Shown here one piece after another: positions 14,901-26,431 of a stretch of DNA of 64,000 bases. Origin of the DNA: Macrostomum lignano (lineage: Eukaryota). The notes below the pieces were generated by a model. The model was not told the DNA's origin. It did not search any database and saw only the letters and a list, made by a program, of their open reading frames with translations. Location of the stretch: the NCBI GenBank assembly GCA_002269645.1, contig NIVC01003601.1, forward strand, positions 24,606 to 88,605. Reading direction: 5' to 3'. Within the stretch, counting starts at the first letter, position 1. Each line of letters starts with the position of its first letter. The translations under genes and the position numbers were made by a program.

Positions 14901-17900
14901 GCATTCATATTAGCGCCGTAGGCACTCATTTTAGCGCCACAGGCACTCATTTTAGCGCCGCAGGCACTCATTTTAGCGCCGCAAGCGTTCATTTTGGCGC
15001 CAAAGGCACTCATTTTAGCGCCGCAGGCACTCATTTTAGCGCCGCAGGCACTCATTTTGGCGCCGCAGGCACTTATTTTAGCGCCGCAGGCACTCATTTT
15101 GGCGCCGCAGGCACTCATATTAGCGCCGCAGGCATTCATATTAGCGCCGTAGGCACTCATTTTAGAGCCGCAGGCACTCATTTTAGCGCCGCAGGCACTC
15201 ATTTTAGCGCCGCAAGCGTTCATTTTGGCGCCAAAGGCACTCATTTTAGCGCCGCAGGCACTCATTTTAGCGCCGCAGGCACTCATTTTGGCGCCGCAGG
15301 CACTTATTTTAGCGCCGCAGGCACTCATTTTGGCGCCGCAGGCACTCATATTAGCGCCGCAGGCATTCATATTAGCGCCGTAGGCACTCATTTTAGAGCC
15401 GCAGGCACTCATTTTAGCGCCGCAGGCACTCATTTTAGCGCCGCAAGCGTTCATTTTGGCGCCAAAGGCACTCATTTTAGCGCCGCAGGCACTCATTTTA
15501 GCGCCGCAGGCACTCATTTTGGCGCCGCAGGCACTTATTTTAGCGCCGCAGGCACTCATTTTGGCGCCGCAGGCACTCATATTTGCGCCGCAGGCACTCA
15601 TTTTGGCGCCGCAGGCACTCATTTTAGCGCCGCAGGCATTCATATTAGCGCCGTAGGCACTCATTTTAGCGCCACAGGCACTCATTTTAGCGCCGCAGGC
15701 ACTCATTTTAGCGCCGCAAGCGTTCATTTTGGCGCCACAGGCACTTATTTTAGCGCCGCAGGCACTCATTTTGGCGCCGCAGGCACTCATATTTGCGCCG
15801 CAGGCACTCATTTTGGCGCCGCAGGCACTCATTTTAGCGCCGCAGGCATTCATATTAGCGCCGCAAGCGTTCATTTTAGCGCCACAGGCACTCATTTTAG
15901 CGCCGCAGGCACTCATTTTAGCGCCGCAGGCACTCATTTTGGCGCCGCAGGCACTCATATTAGCGCCGCAGGCACTTATTTTGGCGCCGCAGGCACTCAT
16001 ATTAGCGCCGCAGGCATTCATATTAGCGCCGTAGGCACTCATTTTAGCGCCACAGGCACTCATTTTAGTGCCACAGGCACTCATTTTAGCGCCGCAGGCA
16101 CTCATTTTAGCGCCGCAGGCACTCATTTTGGCGCCGCAGTCACTCATATTAGCGCCGCAAGCGTTCATTTTGGCGCCACAGGCGCTATATATTGTCGCCC
16201 TGAAGCAAAATGATTGATTTCCATAACGGGTCCCAAGATGGTTTGGGGAGGACAAAGCATTAGCATGTCCCCCATAGCTTTTGTACTGGGCCCCTGTCTG
16301 CAGACTTTTGCAGACTTCTGGGTCATTTACTGATTCTGAATTTGGACCCAGAATTTCAAAATGGCACAGCGATTCTGACGCTTTAAAAACCAGGCTTAAT
16401 CTCCCCCCCCTCACACATGGCGCCCCACCTTTCTCAGGGATGATAAACATGTGTTTTTTGTCTTTCCACAAAATTCAGCTCAAGTTTTCCCAGTTCCACA
16501 GAATATATCAATTTAGCAAGCTTGCACGCAGCTGGGCAAGCAGAAACAGTCGCCGAAGACAATGCAGGGGAGAAATCAACCCATGGCAGGCACCCAAGCT
16601 GCAGACAGATTTCAATTTGCTTGCAGATATTTTCCCTTCCCACTAAGCTGTATAAGCAGAGTGATATTTAGAAGATTCTCAAGTGTGCATAGTGTTAGCT
16701 TGCATCATGGTGACGAGGTCGGGTGAGCAGAGACAGGAGCGTTGCAGCTATTAAAAATTATTAGAAACAACGAATACGAAATTTAATCGCCCCAGAACCA
16801 ACACCTTGCGCGCGTGCTTTGTATGCACAGTTGGCTTTTTTGCCGAAGCCATGCAGCATCAACAGAGATTGTTGAAGCTCCTGCACATCTGTTTTGATTC
16901 TTTTTTCCAATTCTGACAAGACAAAGCAAAATGAGTACCCGAGAATCGGAACGTATTTGTTAGTTGGATGGAAGTAATTAGGCCACGAATTTCAGCCATG
17001 CACGAATCACAGTGTTATGATGATCACAGTTTAAAAACCTCATCACCTAAGAATCTTTCTTCGAGAATCACACTTTAGAAGGTACATCTTAAAGAATCAC
17101 ACCTTGAGAATCACAACTTAAGAATCATACCTTGAGAATCACACCTTAAGAATCACACCTTGAGAATCACACCTTAAGAATGACACTTTGAGAATCACAC
17201 ACCTTAAAAATCACACTTTGAGAATCACATCTTGAGAATCACACCTTGAGAATCATACCTTGAGAATCATACCTTGAGAATCACACCTTAAGAATCACAC
17301 CTTGAGAATCACACCTTGAGAATCACATCTTGAGAATCACACCTTGAGAATCACATCTTGAGAATCACACCTTGAGAATCACACCTTGAGAATCACACCT
17401 TGAGAATCACACCTTGAGAATCACACCTTGAGAATCACACATTAAGAATCACACTTTGAGAATCATATCTTAAGAATCACACTTTAAGAATCACACCTTG
17501 AGAATCACACATTAAGAATCACACTTTGAGAATCACACCTTAAGAATGACACTTTGAGAATCACATCTTAAGAATGACACTTTGAGAATCACATCTTCAG
17601 AATCACAACTTGAGAATCAAACCTTGAGAATCACACATTAAGAATCACACCTTTAGAAACACCTTGAGAGTCACACTTAAAGAATTACACTTAAAGAATC
17701 ACACCTTGAGAATCACACCTTGAGAATCACACCTTAAGAATCACACCTTGAGAATCACACCTTAAGAACCAAACCCTGAGAATCACACATTGAGAATCAC
17801 TTCTGAAGAATCGAACCGATACATGTATATATGTAAGAAGTCGACAAAGTTAATTTGAAATTTATCACCCACAATACCTCAGCCAAAAACGGAAGACATT

Positions 17901-20900
17901 TCCAAGAACTACCGGCCACCAAAAAGGCAGCAAAGTAAAAAAGAAAATGGTTCACTCTCTTTAGCAGAATTTTTTCTTCGCTAACAGAAATTTCGTGTCA
18001 CCCCAAATAGTGTGCAGCGGTGTTTCGCCTGGCGACGGGGCACCATGGGACAAGAAAGGCATGGCAACTGGCTGTGTTACGAGGATAAAGGAAAACACGA
18101 TATTCAGCTTAAGTCTGAAACAGAATTTTGTCATTAGTTTACCCGGCGTCTGTCATAAATAATATTGATAGTTTAAGATGACAGGCAAGAATTTCGAAAG
18201 TTTAAAAACTTTAATCTCCATCTGTCTATCTTATCTGTTTGTGCCTGGCAAATTTCAGCTCTACGAATTGTCGGACGAACCGAAAAGGAAGCAATTTCTG
18301 GACGATCTGTTTGCTTTCATGCAGCGCAGAGGTGAGTCTTTCTGTTGCGATCAGTTTAATATTGGCTTGATTTAGCAAATATTTTGATGTTGTCATCTTA
18401 AGTCTTAATGTCTTATGTCTAATCTATCGACCATTTCTCTGATCTATCTACCTTTTCCTCTGATCTATCTACACCTTTCCTCTGATCTATCTACACCTTT
18501 CCTCTGATCTATGTACTCTTTCCTCTGATCTATCTACCCTTTCCTCTGATCTATCTACCTTTTCCTCTGATCTATCTACCTTTTCCTCTGATCTATCTAC
18601 CTTTTCCTCTGATCTATCTACCTTTTTATCTGATCTATCTACTCTTTCCTATGATCTATCTAACTTTTCATCTGATCTATCTACTCTTTTCTATGATCTA
18701 TCTAACTTTTCATCTTATCTATCTACCTTTTCCTCTGATCTATCTACCTTTTTATCTGATCTATCTACTCTTTCCTATGATCTATCTAACTTTTCATCTG
18801 ATCTATCTACTCTTTCCTATGATCTATCTAACTTTTCATCTTATCTATCTACCTTTTCCTCTGATCTATCTACCTTTTCCTCTGATCTATCTACCTTTTC
18901 CTCTGATCTATCTACCTTTTCCTCTGATCTATCTAACTTTTTATCTGATCTATCTACTCTTTCCTATGATCTATCTAACTTTTCATCTGATCTATCTACC
19001 TTTTCATCTGATCTATCTACCTTTTCTTCTGATCTATCTACTCTTTCCTCTGATCTATCTAATCTTTCCTCTAATCTATCTACCTTTTCTTCTGATCTAT
19101 CTACTATTTCTGATCTATCTACCTTTTCATTTGATCTATCTACCTTTTCGTCTGATCTATCTACTATTTCTGATCTATCTACCTTTTCGTCTGATCTATC
19201 TACTATTTCTGATCCATCTATCTTTCCTTTGATCTATCCAACATTTTACCAATGCGCCACTCTTTACCAAGACAAAGTTCTATTATATTCTACGAGCCAC
19301 AATGATCATTAATATTTTCAAGCCAGATGATGAAGAAAAACGAGTGCAGATGCCAATCCCGCTTCTTTCTTTTTCACCTCCCTGGGCCAAATTCCCAATG
19401 GCGTTAATTAGGTTCGGCCCCGCAGCAGCGTAGATAGCCTGCCAGGTAGGGCCACACTAAATGGCAAGAGATGGGAAACACAGCACAGCACAAGATGAAT
19501 CTCCTTTAGCGCAGCAAAGCATGATAGTAAAGTGTATTTTGACCGCCAATGGCCTAGCCAAGGGTTCCAGGACCACTCGACAATTGGATTGGAAACTAAA
19601 TTTTACACCTGAATATTATTAAATCGAGCCGAGAAAGTCGAAAAACGTTTACAATTACTGTAAATTTGAATTTCGTTGGTTTTAAAAATCAGGAATGTTT
19701 CACCTTCAGATCTTGAAGAGATCGATTATAAAGCAACAAGGACCCAGTTAATTGGCTTTAGAAGTCGGAACCTAAAAGGTACCAAAGCAGCGAGTTGTGA
19801 AACAGGCGCGCTTGTAGAAAATAAACGGCATCAAACAAAGCTTAGAGCCCCCACCCCCTCCCCGAGTTGTTAAAACGCGAAATTAGAATTGGCAAAACGC
19901 ATTAACGAACTTATAAGTCCAGTTGTTTCTGTAGTATTTTTGACAAACACTAAGAAAGCGAAGGAGTATGTGTGCAACAGCCAAAAATAATTCCTGATAT
20001 TAGTCGAACAACTGTTGGGGTTTCAACAAAGAAAGACGGTTGTTTTGTCACACAGACTTGGCAAAATGCGAATGGATATCCTTCACGCTCGTAATTACCT
20101 TGGGTCACTTCATTCCGTCTTAACGCGGCTCGGAAGTTTTCTTCAGAACACGCATAATTCTTACGCCAATCCTTCACCGCGACTTTAATTAAACAAACAA
20201 TGTTCATTTTTGGGCTTTGCTTGTCTTTGTATCATTCACCAAGTTTAACTTCGTTTTCGTTTCGGAAACTAAGCGGAGACACACTGACTGACTCGAATGC
20301 AACGCGGATGGCGCTTATCAATCTTCATTAGTATAAAAAATCTGCTTATGCAGTCTGCATGGGCAGGACGCCGCATCTCCCTTTTTGTAAAAACTAAAGC
20401 CTCGATCTGTGATATGATTTAACGCGAGCCAAACCCAGGAGATCGCTTTTAAAGCAGAAATCTGGAGTAAAACTTCGTCCACTTGACGCGCTTTTATGCG
20501 AACAATCATAGCTTGAACTTGAAATCGCACATCTGATGGTAGATCAGACATAACCTATGCGGGAAAAATTAATTCCTGGTTAAGTGTATCGTATCAAAAG
20601 GTGTAACCTAATTACCGTTCTAGCCAAGACTCAGGTCCACTAGCGCGATTGCTAGGAAATCAGCGGCTTATTGAATGACCAAATTTTTGTTTGCCCGGTT
20701 CTCCTTGGCAAAGCGCGAATTATCACCCCCCTCAGCTTGTAACCAAAGGCCATAAAAAACTATCCAATTAATTATCCAGGCACGCCGGTAAATCGCATAC
20801 CGATAATGGCTAAACAGGTGTTAGATCTGTACGAACTGTTCCGCCTAGTGGTAACTAAGGGCGGCTTGGTCGAGGTTATCAACAAGAAACTGTGGCGGGA

Positions 20901-23900
20901 GATCACTAAGGGGCTTAACTTGCCGTCTTCAATTACTAGCGCTGCTTTTACGCTGCGAACACAGTGAGTTCTGATTGATTGGTTGCGCCACTTGTCAATA
21001 TTACTTACTACTATTAATACTACTATTCCGTATATGGTTGTAAGTAGTGCCTTGTAATTATGAAACGATTTCAGGAGTAAAAATGTTTACGATTCAGAAA
21101 CTAGATTTTAACTGCCAGATACTGTAGGTCACTGTAACCTGTCAGTGTAGACACGATTTAAGGCTTTCAGTCGGTCGCTTTCACAAGCTCAACATTTCAC
21201 ATCGTTGCTTTCAATAGAGCCTGTGAAGTTTCGAGCTTGTGAATTATCAAGGTTGTGAAAGATTCCAACGCCTTTCAACCATGTGAAATTTTGAGCTTTT
21301 CAATGCCTCCTTTCAGCATCGGTTCAACTATCTATTGAAGAATAAAGTAGTGTCATTAAAAAGAGGTTTAATAAAGTAGGTTTGAAAACAAGGTTTTAGA
21401 ACATTCGAGTACTCCATTCCGCAACAACAAAAAAACTAAAACCAACCAACAATCAAAGGTACATGAAGTACCTCTACCCGTACGAGTGCGACAAGCTCAA
21501 GCTGAGCTCGCCGGGCGAACTGCAAGCCGCCATCGATGGAAATCGTCGCGAAGGTCGCCGACCTGGCTATCCCGGATTTGACTGCCCGTCCAGTGCCGCT
21601 GCCGCTGCTGCAGCAGCTGCGGCCGCGGCAGCCATGGGTCGGCTGCCCCCGCTGCTCGGATACCATCAGGGTCCACTGCTGGGACTGGGGAAATCTATCA
21701 GCGGTGAGTTAGATTGGCCTGGGGAGAGTTCTTGAAGTTTCAAAACCAGAACTAATGCGCAAAGTACCTGGGTGCGAGATGCCTTGTGATTTTTAATTAG
21801 CGCCTACGAGAGCACTACTACTAATCTTTATGAATCTACAAATCAGTGGCACAATCGTTACTTTACACTGCAGTCATTTTTCAGTCGTTTTATAGTTGTT
21901 GGGGTTGTTAAAAAGTCGCGCGAGTCGCTAGAGAATCGCTTGAGTTTCAATGGAGACATTTATAACGACTTATTAATGCCGCCTGCCAAGCGTCTGTGGT
22001 AGCTTAAAAGTGTCTGCGGTAGCTTAGGAGTGTCTGCGGTAGCTTAGGAGTGTCTGCGGTAGCTTAGGAGTGTCTGCGGTAGCTTAGGAGTGTCTGCGGT
22101 AGCTTAGGAGTGTCTGTGGTAGCTTAGGAGTGTCTGCGGTAGCTTAGGAGTGTCTGTGGTAGCTTAGGAGTGTCTGTGGTAGCCTAGGAGTGTCTGTGGT
22201 AGCTTAGGAGTGTCTGCGGTAGCTTAGGAGTGTCTGTGGTAGCTTAGGAGTGTCTGCGGTAGCTTAGGAGTGTCTGTGGTAGCTTAGGAGTGTCTGTGGT
22301 AGCTTAGGAGTGTCTGTGGTAGCCTAGGAGTGTCTGTGGTAGCTTAGGAGGGTCTGCGGTAGCTTAGGAGTGTCTGTGGTAGCTTAGTAGTGTCTGTGGT
22401 AGCTTAAGCGTGTCTGTGGAAGCTTAGGAGTGTCGCAACGTCGGGCATGCATGTGGAAGAGAAAGTCAGAGTCAGTATCCCCAGTAGTAGTGCATCTCGT
22501 ACATGTGTACTACGTATCCATGTGTGTTTGAGTGCTTAAGGGTCCTCACCGGCTGCGGTTTCACTAACGCCTTGATTAGCGGCAGTACCCAAATGAACAG
22601 GCACACGGATACGTACGCAGACATGAACTCTCACATGGTCTACAGTGGCTCTGATTTTTTTAATCGCATAGGCGTAAATTGCGTGAAAAGCCTTAGGTAA
22701 GTTTTCGTGCACGAGGCCCAGATTAATTCGAATCAAATCCAGAGATCGCATTATCATGTTGATGCAGACTCAAGCTGGTACACACTAAAAACACCCTGCT
22801 CATACAGACTGCGACTTCCCGAATCTGCCGACTCCACCGTTGATGCACCAGGCTGGGCACCATTTTCCACATCATCACCCGTTGTTGCATCATCACCCGA
22901 TGCACCAGTCACAGTCTATGCCGCCGCTGCCGCCGCAGTTGCCGCCGCCGCTGCCGCCACTACGCCAGCCGTCGCAGCCTCCGCACCAGCAGCCAATGAC
23001 TCCGCCATCAGTCGGGCCAGCTGCGTGCAGCAGCTCAAAAGACGCGGTCGAGACAGCATTGTCACAATCTTTAAAGCGCCGACATCACAGTCAGCAGCAG
23101 GAGCAGCAAGAGTCAACAGAGCCAATTGCTGCCAATAAGCGATTAGCCAATGGATTAAGCTCTGGACAGAATCAAAAACAGCAACAACACGGAACTGCTG
23201 GAAATGACACGGGAAATAATAACAATGGCAGTAGCAGCAACAGCGGCCGATCGCAGAGTCAAGCCAGACGGTTACTAAGCAACGGCAGTCCAGGATTCAC
23301 ACTGCCGCCACCGCCAGCATTTTCTACGCTGCATCAGCAGCAGCAGCCTCAGCTGCCCCCACCTTTGATGGGCCAATCGGCTCAAAGTGCAGCGACTGGA
23401 ATTAAAATCGCTGGCCATCACGGAGTTGGAGCAGGTAAAAATATGCTTATATTTTTGCTTCAGTTTTCGGAGGACGACTTTCTCATGTCTTTACTTGAAG
23501 TTCCCCTTCTGTTTGGAGCCGCACTGACACACACATTAGAGCTGCACTGACACACACATTAGAGCGGCACTGACACACACATTAGAGCGGCACTGACACA
23601 CACATTAGAGCTGCACTGACACACACATTAGAGCTGCACTGACACACACATTAGAGCTGCACTGACACACACATTAGAGCGGCACTGACACACACATTAG
23701 AGCCGCACTGACACACACATTAGAGCTGCACTGACACACAGATCAGAGCCGCACTGACACACATTAGAGCTGCACTGACACACAGATCAGAGCTGCACTG
23801 ACACACAGATCAGAGCCGCACTGACACACATTAGAGCTGCACTGACACACAGATCAGAGCTGCACTGACACACAGATCAGAGCCGCACTGACACACATTA

Positions 23901-24817
23901 GAGCTGCACTGACACACAGATCAGAGCTGCACTGACACACAGATCAGAGCCGCACTGACACACACATTAGAGCTGCACTGAAACACAGATCAGAGCTGCA
24001 CTGACACACAGATCAGAGCCGCACTGACACACACATTAGAGCTGCACTGAAACACAGATCAGAGCTGCACTGACACACAGATCAGAGCCGCACTGACACA
24101 CACATTAGAGCTGCACTGAAACACAGATCAGAGCTGCACTGACACACAGATCAGAGCCGCACTGACACACAGATCAGAGCCGCACTGACACACAGATCAG
24201 AGCCGCACTGACACACAGATCAGAGCTGCACTGACACACAGATCAGAGCTGCACTGACACACAGATCAGAGCTGCACTGACACACAGATCAGAGCTGCAC
24301 TGACACACAGATCAGAGCCGCACTGACACACAAATCAGAGCTGCACTGACACACAGATCAGAGCTGCACTGACACACAGATCAGAGCCGCACTGAAACAC
24401 AGATCAGAGCCGCACTGACACACAGATCAGAGCCGCACTGACACACAGATCAGAGCCGCACTGACACAAATTAGAGCCGCACTGACACAAATTAGAGCCG
24501 CACTGACACAAATTAGAGCCGCACTGACACAAATTACAGCCTCACTGACACAAAAATTTGAGCCGCACTGGCACTCTTCAAATTCACCCTTCATCCTTCA
24601 GCACCCAGGGACTACTCAAACATGTTTGAGTAGTCCCTGTCAGCACCCATCAAATTTTCGCCTCACATTTGTCGTACAAAGTCATCATAAAAAACGCTTT
24701 ATTAATAATATCTTAATTGCAGGCCGCCCGCCGCAGGACGCCCCAGTGACAGTCTCAATGGAGCTGAATGGCTTAGCCTATCATGGTGTCCTATTCGCCC
24801 AACCAAGACATCACTGA
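1505..24817 (+). CDS. ARID3: ARID3/dead ringer (retained)-family transcription factor, join(1505..2329,18259..18331,20780..20963,21459..21703,22808..23434,24723..24817), 2049 nt = 682 aa + stop
   Basis: Spliced translation gives the ARID3 signature WTFEEQFKQ|LYELSDEPKRKQFLDDLFAFMQRRG|TPVNRIPIMAKQVLDLYELFRLVVTKGGLVEVINKKLWREITKGLNLPSSITSAAFTLRTQ|YMKYLYPYEC...LQAAIDGNRREGRR and a C-terminal REKLES-beta-like VSMELNGLAYHGVLFAQ. All junctions are GT-AG with consistent phases, and total length is divisible by 3. Confidence 0.93.
2444..2945. repeat. 41-bp near-perfect minisatellite GTGTCACAACTGTTACATCCTCGAAATGTCGCATCCTCAAG
   Basis: ~12 identical copies, period 41. Confidence 0.97.
3640..4248. repeat. 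34-bp minisatellite (TTTCACTGAAAATGAGGGTGTTTGGGCC...) with 101-bp trimer repeat
   Basis: CCATAG variant at 3831, 3932, 4033. Confidence 0.93.
4850..5665. repeat. ~22-24-bp minisatellite CCAATTCCTGGTTTTGGCGCC(C)n
   Basis: Tandem units with variable C-run; explains the overlapping GAPKPG/PGFGAP ORFs. Confidence 0.95.
6905..8150. repeat. 21-bp minisatellite TTCACTCATCTTGGCGCCTCT
   Basis: ~58 copies, with a 24-bp TTCTATGCGCC variant. Confidence 0.97.
9884..16190. repeat. 6.3-kb 21-bp satellite GGCACTCATTTT(A/G)GCGCCGCA with higher-order repeats
   Basis: ~300 copies; variant spacing of 231 bp and 1050 bp. Confidence 0.98.
17060..17800. repeat. 14-bp minisatellite GAGAATCACACCTT
   Basis: ~50 copies, degenerate at the edges. 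Confidence 0.95.
18259..18331 (+). CDS. ARID3: ARID3 exon 2 (start of ARID domain)
   Basis: Acceptor TTTCAG| and donor G|GTGAGT; encodes LYELSDEPKRKQFLDDLFAFMQRRG. Confidence 0.93.
18420..19230. repeat. 21-bp minisatellite TGATCTATCTACCTTTTCCTC (ARID3 intron 2)
   Basis: Tandem copies; source of the LIYLPF ORF. Confidence 0.95.
20780..20963 (+). CDS. ARID3: ARID3 exon 3 (ARID core)
   Basis: Acceptor ATCCAG| and donor CA|GTGAGT; encodes TPVNRIPIMAKQVLDLY...SAAFTLRT. Absent from the ORF track. Confidence 0.95.
21459..21703 (+). CDS. ARID3: ARID3 exon 4 (end of ARID, REGRR, poly-Ala)
   Basis: CA|G TAC ATG AAG completes Q-YMKYLYPYEC; donor G|GTGAGT at 21704. Confidence 0.92.
21995..22432. repeat. 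20-bp minisatellite GTGTCTG(C/T)GGTAGCTTAGGA (ARID3 intron 4)
   Basis: ~21 copies. Confidence 0.96.
22808..23434 (+). CDS. ARID3: ARID3 exon 5 (His/Pro/Gln-rich linker)
   Basis: Phase-1 acceptor CATACAG| puts it in frame with ORF 22840 (MHQAGHHFPHHH...); phase-1 donor GCAG|GTAAAA. The 5' boundary is less certain. Confidence 0.75.
23517..24570. repeat. 23-bp minisatellite GAGC(T/C)GCACTGACACACA(GATCA/CATTA) (ARID3 intron 5)
   Basis: ~45 copies, period 23. Confidence 0.96.
24723..24817 (+). CDS. ARID3: ARID3 last exon (REKLES-beta-like)
   Basis: Acceptor TTGCAG|; encodes RPPQDAPVTVSMELNGLAYHGVLFAQPRHH-stop. Confidence 0.88.
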
Positions 24818-25700
24818 ACCAGCTTCACTGTATAATCTCTGCTTTTTCACTATCTTCTCTTTTTTAATCCAGCACAGTGACTCGTGCCATTCTGCAATAT
24901 TGTTCACAGCTATTAATAGTGAATGAAGACTTTTTGTTTTGCTCTCCCTTCAATTTCGTACAGACTACTGACTGACTAAAGGTTATCAAGTAGGAACGTT
25001 TGTAACCGATTGTTGACGATTTTTTGTGATTTTCTGCAATTATTTAGCATAACTGCTATTTGACTAGGCACAAAATACCTGTACTTCATATTTATCTGCA
25101 CTAAGCAGAATGTTTTATCCAACGCTTTTTGCCTCAAAACCCCTTGTAAGAAAACTACCTTGTGGAAAAAAACTCGACCATTTAAAGCGATTTTTTAGTG
25201 TCTGTTAATTGTAAATTAATAAATTCGAACCTTTGGACGGCCCAGTTTGCATGTAGAGTTTTCATTGTCAATTATGTATGATTCTATCCCTTCTGCACTG
25301 ATATTTACCTATCCATATAACACATATGCAACGCAAACAATAAGCGTAGCCTTCACTGCCTTATATTAAAACTGAAATATCACTCAAAACTTTACAGAAA
25401 TTTTAAATAAACAAAATTAAAAACTCACATAATAATAAGAACCCTTTGCTTAACAATCTATTATCTTTAAGTAGCGTCGGTATTGTTTTTCTTAAATTGG
25501 CATTTTACAATGCATCCATGCGAGTGTTTCAGCTTGAAGTTTACTCTAACAGTCTTCCAAGCTAGCGTGGAATTGTCTAGTTCTAGGCCGGTTGCTATTG
25601 ACAACGACTATGAATTTTAGATGAGTAGGATAGAAGGATAGAAGCTTAGACCGTATAGGATGACCCAAGGAGATCCGGAGCCAGAATCTGGATTTTTAGG

Positions 25701-26013
25701 AATGATGATAATTAATTACACCTACCCTAATAGGTGAGATGTGCAACCGACAGCTCAGCCGCTGCTATTGCGCAGCGCATCTGAAGGCTGCGTACGGCTG
25801 TTCAGTCGAAGAACTGGAGGGGGGGTCGCCACACACCCTCAATCACCCCAGCTAATGCTGGCACCCATTTTACAGCTGGGTAAACTGAAGCAATGCAGAG
25901 TTAAGTGTCTTTGCTCAATGACACAAATTATTCCGAGTGGGTCGGGAATCGAACCCCTGGTCTTCCAGTCGTGAGACCGTCGGCGTCGCTGTAACCGCTA
26001 GGCTGCAACCCCC
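25701..26013 (-). mobile_element. tRNA-derived CORE-type SINE (copy 1)
   Basis: Minus strand: tRNA-like head with B box GGTTCGATTCC; CORE/MIR-like GAGCAAAGACACTTAACTCT...TTCAGTTTACCCAGCTGTAAAATGGGT; ATT/ATC-rich tail. Confidence 0.75.
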
Positions 26014-26431
26014 TTCAGATAACTATAGGCCAGAACGTTAGGTCTGATGGATTTTTATAAATATGGTTCTATTTTTAAGTTCAACCTATAAACTATAAGC
26101 GAGGACTGACGGAAGTTTTGTAAGCAGCAGATTTCCCCTTCTTTCTTTTGAAGTAGAAATTCTGCCCATTCCGCTCTGACACCTGAGCACATGCAAGCGC
26201 GCCAATACCGTACTCAGGCACTCACTCATGCACACGCTCACACAGGGTGTACAAGCGGCCCTGACTTTCTAATCTTCAGGCGTGCGCGCTTAATTATGTG
26301 TTTTGGGGGGGGGAATTGCTGGGATGCTTAGGGTCAATTTGAAGTGGTTGGTAGGCCAAGCATCAAAGGAAGAGTTGGAGCTGAGCCATGGCATAAAGGG
26401 AAACTCTGATGCCAAGATTCACAGGGCTACA

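Noticed and set aside
22707-23138. Alternative Ala-rich ORF overlapping ARID3 exon 5
   Set aside because: It terminates at 23138 and cannot reach the conserved C-terminal exon. The His/Pro/Gln frame joins both neighbouring exons in phase.
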